Below the pieces are notes generated by a model. It saw nothing but the letters and a program-made list of their open reading frames with translations, was not told the origin of the DNA and made no database searches. Below are positions 14,201-27,528 of a stretch of DNA of 64,000 nucleotides, in pieces; within the stretch, counting starts at the first letter, position 1, and every line of letters begins with the position of its first letter. The stretch comes from Vicugna vicugna. Taxonomy: Eukaryota. The stretch is taken from assembly GCA_013265495.1 (NCBI GenBank), contig MU058423.1, positions 6,991,449-7,055,448 of the forward strand. Direction: 5' to 3'. A program made the translations under genes and the position numbers.

Positions 14201-15723
14201 CAGCAATGATACTAATATAAAGTTTTTTGGTTTTTTTACCTATTATCTAAGAGGTAAATTTCTTGAGGTGGGAATGGTTCTTTGACACAGAGAGTGAACA
14301 GTAATGTTGAAAGTATTTTTTAGTTGCTTTTCTCATTTTATATGCTACATATATTTGTCCTTAAACAATTCCATCTTGGACCTCAGTATCGTCTCTGAAC
14401 ACCTTCCTTCCAACTCTTAAACCACACTGCTAGAATATCTGACTAATCTCATGGGTCATAAGGCATATTTTGATAACTAAAAGAAAACTCGGTTCCTAAA
14501 AATTAATGAGCATATGCCCCCTCAAAAACTTAGCTGAGAACCCTTTAGCCTTGAAATATCTTAAATACTCAACATAGGTCCTGGCCAAAGCTACCAGTCT
14601 TTGCCAACAGGAAAATGTATTCATTCACTCAACACATCTCTACTGAATGCCTAATGTATGCTGGCACCTTGTTGGGCACTGTTCCAGAAAAATTTTAAGA
14701 AACATCTTAAGAAACATTAAGGAACAAAAAGGAGTCGATAGGAGGGAACAATTTAAACATGGGGGGAAAAATGACCAGGGAATCTATATTCCAGGTTTAA
14801 GTGGATTACTTTGAGGAGGGGCAAGTAGAAGGAATTTAGAAACCTGCCCCTTCTCGTCATTTTCACTGTGGAATGACCATATTTTCAGCTCCTGAGGCCC
14901 ATTTTGAGTTGCTGAGGGCCTAGACGCTTGGAGATCTCTGCTAGTTGCTTTCCTGGTCTTTCTCCTCCCCCTTTGCCCCCTCATCCGGGTTCAGGACGGA
15001 ATCAGCTGGAAAATTAAATTACTCACCCCCTCAACGTCAGCTCCCATACATTTCTCTCTCCTCCTGCCTCAGAGTACAGTTCAGTTCTTAAAGAGACGAG
15101 CCTCTGAATGAAGCTAGGGCAGAATTTAAACATTCAAGAGAGAAACCTGTCAATTTCAGGTCTCGCAGGAGAGCTTCCCTATAAGATCATGGGTTTTGAC
15201 CTCTTGGGTCCCTCCATCTCACTTTCATCCTTTTCTTCTAATTCTCGGTTTAAAAAATTAATAAAAAAATACTTTTCGGAGCAGGTAGAGCAGTTGAGTC
15301 CGCTGGTTCCACGTCTGCTATAAGAAGCACATTTTTGCACAAGGATAAGGTTACCTACGGCTGGCAGCCCAGAACTCCAGCGGTGTGGCGGAACAGACGC
15401 GGGCTCCTCCCCTCCCCCGCCGACGAACGAGAGGCTAACAGACGGGTGCAAGTAGACAAGTAGCTGTTTTTATTGAATACAGAAGCTCCTTGAAAACTCT
15501 GTGGGCTCCGGGGCTCTCCTGCAATTCCTTTCATTCCCAAAGTGCTAGAGCCAAGCACGCGTCCCCCGTAACTCCCTCCCATTTCTTCTCGGGGATTTGG
15601 GTTGGAGAGGAGGGAGGAGAGGACTGGGGAGGTGGGGGTGGTTGGTGGGCTGGGCTTGCCGGGAGACCTGATTCTTGGGCAAAGGAGAGGGGGGCGGGCG
15701 CCGGGCCGCCCGCGAGGCGTGTG

Positions 15724-15728
15724 ATTGG
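15724..15728 (-). promoter_or_regulatory. Inverted CCAAT box (NF-Y site)
   Basis: GTGATTGGGT about 130 nt upstream of the inferred TSS. NF-Y binding to an inverted CCAAT in the proximal Col11a1/COL11A1 promoter is established. Confidence 0.75.
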
Positions 15729-16052
15729 GTCTGACCCTCAGCCGGCTTGTCAGTTTCGCCCGGGGTAAGGGGGGCGCGCGAGGGGAGTGGGCGGGGGAGG
15801 GGGCTGCCCAGAGCCTCTCGTCCGGCCCACTGACGGCATGAAGCCTTTAGGGGCACGCAGTCCTCTCAGATTTTTGGTTGAAGCCCCTCATCTGCCGTCA
15901 GTCTGAAGGCAGGGCCCCGCAGAGGACGGATCTGAGGGTCCCGGCCGGCGGGGCCAACCGAGAGGGAGAGGAGGGGGCGACAGACAGGAAGGAAGCAAAC
16001 CATCAAATTCAAAGAAAAAGCCCTTTGACTTTTTCCCCCCTCTCCCTCCCCA

Positions 16053-16064
16053 ATGGCTGTGTAG
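16053..16064 (+). other. Upstream ORF Met-Ala-Val-stop in the 5'UTR
   Basis: ATG GCT GTG TAG read directly. It is the only ATG seen between ~15855 and the main start. Translation is not demonstrated. Confidence 0.7.
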
Positions 16065-16143
16065 CAAACATCCCCGACGATACCTTGGAAGGGACGACGT
16101 TGGTCTGCAGCCGCAATTTCGTGGGTTGAGTTCACGGTTGTGA

Positions 16144-16389
<246 letters not shown>

Positions 16390-16825
16390 TGAATTCCAGA
16401 TTGTAGCTGCCATCAGGTTGGAAGTGAAGCCTGGAGAGAGATGGATGTAGGCGGGACAGTAATGGGAGAAGAGGTAGCAGGAAAAAAGATCTGTCAGGCA
16501 CAGAGACTGCTGAAATGCCCTTCACCACTTTCCAGGGGCTTTGAAAAGAGGAAAAATATTACCTTAAACACAGGGGCAGTTGTACAAAGCTTTTGTTTGA
16601 GGAACGGTCCTTAGACTGCCCTTTGAACACATCTTCTGGTTTCTTCAGATTCAGATTCTAATGGAGTGCTTTTTTAAAGGTGAGCTGAGGAGAAAATATA
16701 GAGGAGGGGTATAAAATGAACCTTGATAAAGTTCTTTGTCTGGAATAAAGTGAGAAACAAGTTGTTTTACTTTTAGGGATATGAAGGAAAGTAGAGAGGG
16801 GGAATGAATCTTGAAGACTGAGAAC

Positions 16826-16827
<2 letters not shown>

Positions 16828-16871
<44 letters not shown>
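16828..16871 (+). repeat. (TG)22 perfect microsatellite in intron 1
   Basis: 44 nt of uninterrupted TG, counted directly. Confidence 0.95.
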
Positions 16872-16872
<1 letters not shown>

Positions 16873-19800
16873 TTTTGAAGAGATTTTAAATGGGAAAAAA
16901 TGGCAGATGATAAGAAACGAGTGAAGATAGGGAAAACTCTTTACCCTGATTTCAGCCCCTTCCTCCTCTCTATGACCCACCCCACCCCCCAACTTCTTCT
17001 TGCAGGTTGGACGTGCAGTTCTCTTGGAGAATGATGAAACTCGCCAAGCAAATGGGGTGGGGGCGGAGGAATAGGGATTGGAGCGAAGGGGAGGGGGCGT
17101 GGGGTGGGATGGGAGGAGAGAGGTAAGGAAAAGTTCCTACGTGGCACCACCAAATATTCAATGACCAGACCTGCTCGGAAGACTGCAGCCCTGTCAGTAC
17201 CCGAGGAGGGAGAGCGACTTCACTCCACCCCTCCGCCTCTTCCCTCCCCTTCCCCCGCCCTTTCCCGCAAAGGCATCTGGCTGGAGCGGTCCGTTAGGTG
17301 CTGTAGACACGGCTGGCGGGAGAACGCTTTTGGAGTTAAGGGAGCCCAAACAGCTTAGGGTAGAAAAGCATGCTTTGTCAGGAGTGCACAGAGAAGTGGG
17401 GGATAGGAAGGAGAGTGGTGCGGATTGGCAGAGGCAGAAAGAAATTGTCAACCCCAAATGCGCAGGCTTTAGCAGAAACCTGAGTCTGGCCTGGTAGGTG
17501 CCAAGATCTGAGTTCTCCCTAATGGGAGTTAGCGCTCCCGGAGGCCGAACTCTGCGAAACCACGTCTGTTATTTCTTTCCCACACTTTGTGATGTTCACC
17601 TTCCTGAGTAGCAGGCAGTGGTGGATTATTTCTTTGTGATTTTTCCTGGTGAATATAGTCAGGGCCGCACTAGAACTATGTTTGAATTTTGAAATAAGTT
17701 ATGCTACTTACCTGAGTTCATTTATTTCTACGTTTTAAAGGATAAATAGTAGAGTCTTTGAAAGTGGAATCCATCAAAAGTTGGCATTTTACCTTTGGTA
17801 CCTGGTCACCAGCTGGATTGGTCTGTTCTGTCAGCAGGTCTGCCCTCTGCTGGTTTTATTTTTTATTTGGAATTCAAGCATCTGCCTAAGTAAAGGAGGC
17901 CTTTAAAATTCTTACAACTGCAGTGATGCTGGAGGTCACCCGATTAGGGAAGTACAGATATGCTGTTTCTCTGTCAGCTTTTTCAGCTATTTGTTCAAAT
18001 ATGTGGGAAAAAGTATCATCATGGCAGCTATTTTTGAAAAAATGTAGAAACTAATACTTTCTTCAGTGAAGACAGATGAAGCGTAATTTCGAGAGACACT
18101 TGAATCATAGGTATTCAGGGATTATTTCGCTGAAGCTACCTGTTTCATTTCCACACTGGGCCTTCCTTCAAGCTCTAAGGATATCAGAAAGATCAAATTT
18201 TTACAGCTGTAATGCATAATTTTCTCTTTAAATCTAGCTGCATAGATTTAACACACTTAAAAAAGAAAATATCTCAGTTCCAGACCAAATAAATGTTGGA
18301 CAAAGAGCCTTCCGTATTATTATAAAGCCATCTAATGTGAGAAATAGCGAAGTTTAAGGACCATACGTTGTTTCTGTTTGTCATTTTTGGCGAAATGTCT
18401 TGAATGTTATGTGATTGTTGGATATTCGTATTATAAGATTTGATATTTGTTTCACCAAGTTGCTTATTGCCTAGCTGGAAGCTACATATTTACTTAAACC
18501 TACTCTTGTATGCATTCTTGCAACTTAATAAACTTCAAAAAGGAAATAGTATATTGATGCTGAAAAAGGAAACCCTAGCCTAAAACATCATACAGGATGT
18601 GTGGAAAACTAAGCTAAGTGTCTGGCCTTTAGATTTGTAATTGAAGTAACAATGAGTAAGTTTCTAAATGAAGTATTGTAGACTAGCATTATACTGTAAT
18701 TCATTGATTTCACTGAGATGTAGTGGTGTGATTTGGTTGCTAACCCAAAAGATAATTTAAAACAGCCTGTTTTCACCTAGCGTTTATAATTTCTTGGACT
18801 AAAAACACTAAAACCTTAAGAAGTTCTGGGTTCATAATAAATTAGACTCTAAAAATGTGTAGTTAGGATCCAGAAGCTTCTAACCTTGCAGAGAAAAGTT
18901 GTTGGAGTAATGCATTAAAAGAAAATTTATTAATTCACAGAGTCATATTATTTTACTTTGCAAATCCAAACTCTATCACTTGATAATCTTTAGCATACTT
19001 ATTCAAAATTTTTAGTATTTAATATGATTTAGTATAAAAGAGTAAGCATTATTTTTATAATGTATTCATCTACATTAACTTTAATTTCATGTTTCATATA
19101 TTTACTTATGGTTAATATAAATGTTTTATCTCAAGAATTTATAGATTCCATTTTCAATTAGTTCATTATTTATTATAGATAGAACCTGAGACTTACCTGG
19201 AATTTATAGACTATAGTCCGTGATTGTGTTATGATAGATGGTTTTAAGCGGTTTTAAAAGGATGTAAGCGAAATTGAGTACAAAGAAAAAATAATATCTA
19301 ATTGAATAATTTTTCACTAATTAAAATGGTGTTCAACCTTTGGTGGTTAAGCCAATACTGTGCCTTGCAAAAAAGTTTATTAATTTTACGAGGAACTTTT
19401 AAAGTTTGTCAGCAATTGGTAGTGAGCCCTGCTGGAGTGTTTTGAGTGCCTGGGATCAGCAGGTGAAATGGTGCTGGCTTCCAGAGTATGTGCTAATCCA
19501 ACTTTGCAAAGAGATCAAGTTTGGCCCTGTGGTTTCTTAATCAGAAATCAGTTAAAGGATCAGATATGCTTCTGATAACAAATGTAGTGTCTTCTACAGT
19601 TTTTAATATTGTCTTTCTCTTTGTTTTTTTAAATCAAAATTGACAAAGTCTGTAACAGAGAAACAAGAAAAATAGACATCTTATCAGATGCATCTTCCTG
19701 CATGTTTTATGCAGATAGCCTCGGTTTAGGTGGCACATATATATTCAGTTAGTTATAGACACTTTCACAAAATTATCTATTAGTTCTGAAACCGAGTTTA

Positions 19801-20350
19801 TTAATATCTTAATGTGACAGATCACTTTATAATTAATACTTAACTAGAATCTACTTTATAAAAGCAACTCTCTGCAAGGTATTCCTAGAGTTTTAAAAAA
19901 ATTATGAAGTTGCAAAAAAAGATAGTATGTATGATTGTTTATGATTTATTTAATTAATTTTTAGGTTCTGTGTTTGCCTCAATTTGTGACTAAAATTGAA
20001 GGAGCACATTATTCAAGTTAAGTTATCCCTGAAATATAGCAAGGCTAACATGAACCGCTTTCCAGATTTGCATGTAGGATTCCAGCAAAAGAAAATTTAA
20101 GTAGTCACCTTTCTTTTCTAAAAATTTACTTCTTTTCCGAGACAGATCCTCTTTGCTCTTGTTGATTTATTGAAACGCTACCTATGTCATGATAATGAAT
20201 GGACTCAAATCAAGTTTGATTGAGCCTGTATAATAAAAAGCTTTTTTCAAAGGAAGAAAAGATGTTCAGGTTTTTTTAAGAGAATGCTAGAGATAGAAAT
20301 TCTTATAAAAATTGCTTCTCTAAACTACCTTCTCACTTTACTAACATAGT

Positions 20351-20412
20351 AAACTGAGGCATAGAGAATCCTCTTTCTCAAAAACTGAGGCATAGAGAAT
20401 CCTCTTTCTCAA
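20351..20412 (+). repeat. Perfect 2 x 31-bp tandem duplication
   Basis: AAACTGAGGCATAGAGAATCCTCTTTCTCAA at 20351-20381 and 20382-20412. Confidence 0.95.
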
Positions 20413-22939
20413 AAAAATATAAAACTATTCTTACAACATTCAAGATTTTTTTAAATGAGAGAAAAGATCTGCAATAGTGATAAAAATGCCTTAAATAATA
20501 GTAATCTGAGACTTTATAGGATAAAGAATTATTATTTAAGTGTATATATATTAGTGGAATATGGAATGACCAAATGCTACTTACATGTACGTTCCAAAGT
20601 TTATAGATTAGTGAGAAGATAGATTAAGTGAAAATGACTGATTTTAAGAGAAATGAATAGGCAATTATAGAATGCATTTAAAAATTCCTCAATTTCCTAA
20701 GTTTAGACATAGGTCATTTTTGATAACTTGTAATTGTTATTATACCTAGTTCATAATTCTATAAGGTTATCTGTATCAGAATAGAAAGCACAATAGTTCG
20801 TAAATTTTTTTTGTATACATTTGTTGCTGGATTAAGAATATCATTTTTCATTCTCTCTAAAGTCGTTAATGGAGGACCAGGCACAACTGAATTTTCAAGA
20901 ACCTAAGAAAGTTATATATTTATTTCAAATAAGGCAAATAATGTCAAATTTCTATGCATTTCCAATTGACTTTAGGTTGATTGGGTGATATATAACATGT
21001 ATAACTCTATGGTTTTTATTAATAAGTCAGATAATGAATTGATTTTTATTCAATATGAGTTGTTTGTTTAACAGTAATTATTTTCCAAACAAGTGGTCGA
21101 TTTGGGGGAAAAAAATAAGAGAGCATGTAGTAGTGTAAATCATATTAAATTTTTATTTTGGATTGTCAAAGCATCTGAAATTATATAAACACCTTTTACT
21201 TCAGGAGTAAATGGACAGTTAATTTATAGGGAAGTAGTCACTCTTAATGGGCTACCGTGATGTGTTGTGCTGGCCACAACTATGTGGTATGGTATATGGT
21301 AGAGCTAGTATTTCTACCAAATGAAGTATTTTCTGTCTTTTGGGAAATGTAGTACATGTCCTTAGGGTTTTGAAGGAGCTACTATGGAAATTAATACCTA
21401 TACTCGTGATTGACAATTTATATAAATATAGGGTTTTATAAATATTGAACCATCACCAGCATTTTATATTTTATAATGGTGATAGTTAGGTGCTTAAAAG
21501 CCAGAATCTTACAGTATCCTAAGTACTTTTCTTTCTTGTCTACCTTTGGAGAAATAATTAAGTGCAGTTGGTGTAACCATTAGGAATTCAAGGCAACTAC
21601 AGCGTGGAGGCTAAGAGCTGATCTGCATTTCTGCTTTTACTCCTCCACTTCCCTTATTTAATACTGGGGAAATATGACCTGAGCTGGGAGAGGAAACCAC
21701 ACTTTTTTTTGACCATTGAAGTTTTGTTCCTTAGCAGAGAAGAAAGAGTACACACAGATGTTCTAAAAAGTTGCAGTGCTCCCTAAATTCTGTCACTACA
21801 GAGTCCAGTTTAAATGCAGTTTTCAGTGTAACTCCTAGTGTACTATAATGGCGTCCCTATTCTAATTTTTTTTGCGATTTAATTCAGAACCTAAAGGTTT
21901 TGTTTTTCCTTTTAACTGCCTTCTACATTATGATGTGTCTAATATATTTATTTCTCCTTTCAAAACCCTAATATGATCTTATTTTTACGGATGTGTCTTT
22001 TTTTTCTGCTTCCAGTTGTGTCAGAACTCAATGTGAATGATACCAGCTGGTAGAGAAGATGAAAGTCAATTTTACAGTGATTTAGCGAGTAGTATCTGTT
22101 TATCAGTTGCAGTCTTTGGCCTACTACTGACTTGGCTAGTGGTTCTTTAGACATTGGCTGATCCCCAGACCTACTGTTATCTGGTAAAATAAACTCTTTG
22201 CTTGCTGCGCATGGAATTAGAGACAGTGCTATTAATTTAGGAGAAAGAACTCAGAGAAAAGAAAGGTTATCATATTTCAGAGTAAGAGACCAGCTTAAAT
22301 ACGACTTGACAATTGAGAACTAAAACAAACCTGTGTAAAAGTGCTTTAGCACAATCATCTTTTGCAATCCCCTCAAACCTTCTTTTTTTTCCCTTAAAAA
22401 GCATTTCTTTCTTATTTTAACCAAATTTAATTGCTCTTGAATGGCCCTGTACTGTACAGGCCAATGAAGGTCCCTATTCATAGAACTTGGGCGCACAGAG
22501 TGTCAGCGGAAGCTTCCTTCCTCTGTCTGACTGGTAGACTGACATCCGGGCTTAAAGGAGTGAACCTTGGACTGTAGGAGGTGGCTGGCTTTCCTTCCCT
22601 ACTCAGATTTTCACAAACAGCTTCCCAAAGGGACGACTGCCAGAAAGAGCAGTCATTGCAATTCCTGACAAAACTAATAAGAAGCTCTAGCGAACTTCCG
22701 TACTTTGCGCTTAGATCACTCTGCAGAGAAAGAGCCGTAAATATTAGAGTGGTATTTCCCCTTCTCTCTTTAGACCAAGAGAGGTGCACAGCCTACTGCC
22801 TCCTGTCACTCTTCTTTTTGAACCCTGATGAGTCTTCAAATACTTCACTGGTTTTGAGGACAGATGTGTCATCCAAATGGTCCAGCATAGTGTAGAGCAT
22901 CCTTCAGGATGTGTCCCTCTGTGTGTCCAGGTCATGATC

Positions 22940-23130
22940 AGCCTTTTCCCACCTGCTACAGCCCCACTCCCATTCATCCTGCACTTCAGGCACATTAAAC
23001 CTCTTGCCTGTATTCTCCCCTATCTTTAAACGCACTGTTCTCTTTCCCTGGAATATCTGTTCCCCTCTCATCCATCTAGCAAATGCCTTCTCATATTTCA
23101 AGATTTAGTTCAAGCTTCATCTCTCCAGGC
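22940..23130 (+). mobile_element. L2 3' fragment
   Basis: Pyrimidine-rich L2-like text (CTCTTTCCCTGGAAT...CTTCTCATATTTCAAGATTTAGTTCAAG). Confidence 0.55.
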
Positions 23131-23134
23131 AGAT

Positions 23135-23370
23135 GTAATAATAAGCTGTAACACTGAGCGCACGCTTATTACGTACCAGGTCCTGTTGTAAGCACTTTTC
23201 ATATAGCATATCATTTCATTCTGACAATTGCCCTGGAAGTAAACTAATACTAAAATCTCCATTTTACCCATGAGGAAAGTGAAAAACAGAGAAGTTCATT
23301 ATCTCGATTAAGGTCATACAGCTACTATGAGATGGACCCAGGATTGGAACCCAGAGAGCCCTTGCTCTTG
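23135..23370 (-). mobile_element. MIR SINE
   Basis: Core CCATTTTACCCATGAGGAAAGTGAAAAACAGAGAAGTT...AAGGTCATACAGCTA...GGATTGGAACCCAG. Confidence 0.8.
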
Positions 23371-26344
23371 ATCACTTGTCCATGTTCACTATGTAGTGTA
23401 TTCTTACTGCTTCTGCACAGCCTGCCTGACTTTGTTTATGATTGTGGTGCCCTGGGGCCCAACATTAATGCTCAAATCATGTAGCTGCACCACAGCAAAT
23501 ATGTAAATTGTGTGAATAACTTGAATGTCACCAAGGAGAAATATAAAGAAACTCTGGTGAAAGGTGATGTTACAATTCAGGTAGCTCTTCAGTTTGTATT
23601 AAAGTTCAGTGGTGGCGGACCCGACACCCTTTCCATTTTAGGGACAAACCTAAGCCCTAATGATGATGGAAAACCCAAAGGGGAGTGGATTCTCTAGTGG
23701 AAGCTAGAAAATGTTATTTTATTTCCTTTGACTAATTTAAGGAGAAGTTGACAGTTGTATCTGTTAGTGTTCAAGGCTCATTTTAGGGTTGGCCTGGTTT
23801 CATTAAAGAACAAGGACACTTACAAATTGCTGCCTGTTCTAATCAGAATCCATTATAAAGAACAACAGGTCTATTCCACTTTATGGGACTGATGTATGGG
23901 AGTATGTTTATTACTTTGCAATATAAAAATATCAGACCTGATTATCTAAAAGCTGTTTGGAATGTAATCAATGGGGAAAATGTATCTGAAAGACACGTGG
24001 TTCGAACCCTGCCCCCTAACACACACAAAGTATAATTATTTTTTAAAATTCTGATTCATATGTTAGCCTTCCTTTAGGAGTAGCTGGGGAATAATGACTG
24101 TGATTTAGTTTTCTTTCTTTCCCTAGTGTCTGCCAAGATGCCAGAATGCACAGTATATGATATAGTCACTGCTTCGATTATTAATTATTTTACCTTGCTC
24201 AACAGATTGAAACAAGGTCAAAATCTAGTTAACTGGGAGTGGAGTGAAGTGACCTTCTCACGTCTTGTTGTTTGCAGTAATTAGATCCTCCCTCCCTTTT
24301 CCTCTACTCATTCTCTGAAAGTAAATGAATTGCTACTTCTTTCTAGCTGTCTTCAGCTGGAAAATAGTTTTGCACAGTCTCTCCAAGATATCTTTATATA
24401 TCTGAAGCAATTGATTGACCATATTACCTCTAAAACTGTAGTTGGCTTTAACATAGTAATCAAAAAGAGAAAAACAATATATGAAGTCATATTTTTGCTT
24501 TGACAGTAACATAAATCATCATTTCACTTGTCTACTGTTGAACAAGAAAGTTAAATCCAAGAATGATATCAATGTGTAAAAGCATTAATTGGGATAATTC
24601 CTGTCATATATTCATTTCTGAACCTTTTATTTCAATTTTATGTGCTATTAAGGATTGTCTGATTTTGCTTCATAACTATTAGAAAGAGTAGCCTGTCTAT
24701 GTTTATTACTTTGTTTATTTTAGTAAACTAATTCTTCAGGTTAGAAAGTAATTTACATATTACTCATATAATTATTATATTATGAAATACCATCTTCGAA
24801 AGGCAAGGAGTCTGTAAAATTTCAAGCGCTTACTAAGATTAATATATAGTAGTTGTAGAATTTTTTGGATGAAAATTTTGTATTTTTTATATTCTGTTCC
24901 TATCTGTTGTATATTTTAGTTCCACTAAAATCATTAGGATAAACATTTTTATCTGCTTTATTTAGTGTGCCCTAAGCACAAAGAACAGAGCCTGTTGCAT
25001 AGTAAGCATTTGGTAAATTTTTGTTAAATGAGGATAAGGTGTTGATTGCAGCTCAGATAATTTTGATGTACAACCAAAGGTTTATGAACCTTCCGTAATA
25101 GGAAATAATGTATACAGAAATTAGGATATGCCTGAATTGTGTAACAGGGCACTGGAAGTCAAGTGAAAAGTTATTTATCTGCTAGGTGCATATCATTTGA
25201 TAAATACCTCATTGCCAAACAGCTCTGGCTCTGCAAAAACTGATTTAAGTAGATCAAATGATTATGATTTTGATATTGATGATGCTTTTTTAAAAAATCT
25301 TCCTCTCCATAGCGTATAACAAATGCCAGTAGGTATTGCTCTTCTCAACATTAAAGTCAAATGATTGTATTGAAAATATAATTTTAGTTTTATAATAAAT
25401 GTATTTTAATAACTTTGACCATGTGTTTCCAATATCATAGTCTCACCTAGTGTTTGTTCTTCCTTTGCCATTCTCAAAGTCGTGACATCATTTCTGTTCT
25501 TGACTTTCAGTTCATATAGGCTTTTTATGATATGAGAAAGTTCAGGATTGAGGTTGTTCAATAACTATGAAAATTAAATGACTCTTTCCGATGTGCAGTC
25601 ATTGTATTAGGTGCCAGGACTACGAAGATGGTATGCCATCTAGTCTCATGGAGTATGTATGTTACCAGGAGAGTGCTGGATTAGGGGACAAGACATAAAA
25701 CAAGGCAATATGGGTATATTTTTCTCTGTAGAATGGAATCATGTGACTAATTGAAAAGTGCAGGGAGGCTGCTAAGTTGGCAGGGTCAGTGCATACTTTG
25801 ATATCTATCCCTACTAGGTGGTTCCAATTGCTTGCAACCATTGGCTTCTCTGACAAATAACCAGGAAGTAGGGCCATGCTGCTTTTTCTGGAATAGCCAT
25901 CCTGTTGTAGAGTCACCTGGGGTTCTGAATGATACTTTAGTACAGTTAAGTCACACTTAATATGAAGCTATGACCATCATAGAGTTGAAAAATACGAGTG
26001 AATAATCTTCCTCGTTTAGAAAGGAGTATGTTCAACACATTTATAAAATCTATTATAAGACAAAGTAGCCTAACATTTTTAAACCTTAACACATGATTGT
26101 TCTTGTTGCTAACCAAATTATAGCATGTTTTAGAACATAAAGTGTACATAGTGATTTTTTTGTTTCTGAGGGTTAATAGTTGGACCAAGATCTCTACATT
26201 GATTATTTGAAAGAACAAAATATTTATTGTAAGCATTTTTAAATCATAATGATTTATTTCAGGGAAATGTCCATCAAATAGAGTTTTAAAATAACCATAA
26301 CCTTACTTAAAGTAATTATAATTTAAAATAGCATTAATAGGCTA

Positions 26345-27240
26345 TCAACTCCCACAGTTTCATTTTTATCCCAGACCTTGCCCCTGAACTTCAGATTCAT
26401 ATATTCAAAGGCCTCTTCAGCTATTTCCAGTGGCATTTACTAAGTCAAAATTAGCATGCTCAAAACTGAATTGCAGAACCCCCTTCCTGAAATCTGTTCC
26501 TCTCAGTCTTCCCCATCTCAGTTAATGGCAACACAATTAGTCACGATGTTTGAGCTCAAAAGCTTGGAGTCAGCTTTGACTCGTTTTCTCTCATACTCCA
26601 CATCCACTTATCAGCAACTTCTGTCTGCTCTGTGTTTAGAATATGTCAAGAATCTGACAAAGTACTTCATCTCTCAGTCCAAGATGACAAAAAACCCACA
26701 AAATTTTACACTAGAGCAATCCTTCTTCTCTGCTCCCTGATTCCGCTCCAGTGACCCTAGGGTCTGTTCTCAACATAGCCAGCCACAGTTGTCTGAAACA
26801 GTAGTTGGTTCATGTTACTTCTCTCTCCTTAACTTCCAGTGGTTTTCCATCTCACTTGGAATAAAATCCCAACTCCTTGAAGATCCCACAGGACCTATAC
26901 AATCAGCCTTCAGCATGACCTCACCCTTACTTCTCTGACCTCGTCTTTTATACCCCTAGTATTTCCTTTGCTGGAGACATATTTGTCTCCTTACATTTCC
27001 TCCATTATCTTGGACCACCTCCTATCTTAGGTTCTTTGCACTTGCTATTCCTTTTGCTTACAATGCCATTCTGTAAAAATATCAGGGTAGAGGAACATCT
27101 TACGGCTTTTTAGAATTTGCTCAAATGTCATCTTCTTATCGAGGCTTTTCCTGTCTTTCTTGTTTTATATTGAAATCCATGCCTCCTCAACCCTCCCTTT
27201 GCTCATTCAGTGCTTTGTTTTTCTCTTTGCTACCACTCAA
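26345..27240 (+). mobile_element. L2 LINE fragment
   Basis: CCCTGAACTTCAGATTCATATATTCAA...CCCCATCTCAGTTAATGGCAAC...AACTTCCAGTGGTTTTCCATCTCACTTGGAATAAAATCC. Confidence 0.75.
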
Positions 27241-27528
27241 ATACTTGTCATTTATGAAAGGTAATGACATTTAAAATAAAGGTTGAGGTTTTATTTTAAG
27301 GCTTTGTATAAAATATAGAATCAAATAATTTTAGAGTACAAATATTGCCTTAGATAATCTGGGCAGCTTCTAGGCCATACTTCTCCAAATAATTCCCATG
27401 GCTTTTCATTTCATTTTACATATTTAGATATAGACAATATGACAGCCAAATTCCACATAGTAAAATATTGTACTTTTTTGATAGCCACCGAGCACATTGA
27501 TCCAGTTGTTTTAAGAGATAATAGTTGA

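Noticed and set aside
16009..16028. Inverted TCAAAG...CTTTGA pair (TCF/SOX-like sites or hairpin) in the 5'UTR
   Set aside because: Only a 6-bp stem, 8-nt spacing is atypical for SOX9 dimers, and my recall of the human sequence suggests the left half is not conserved.
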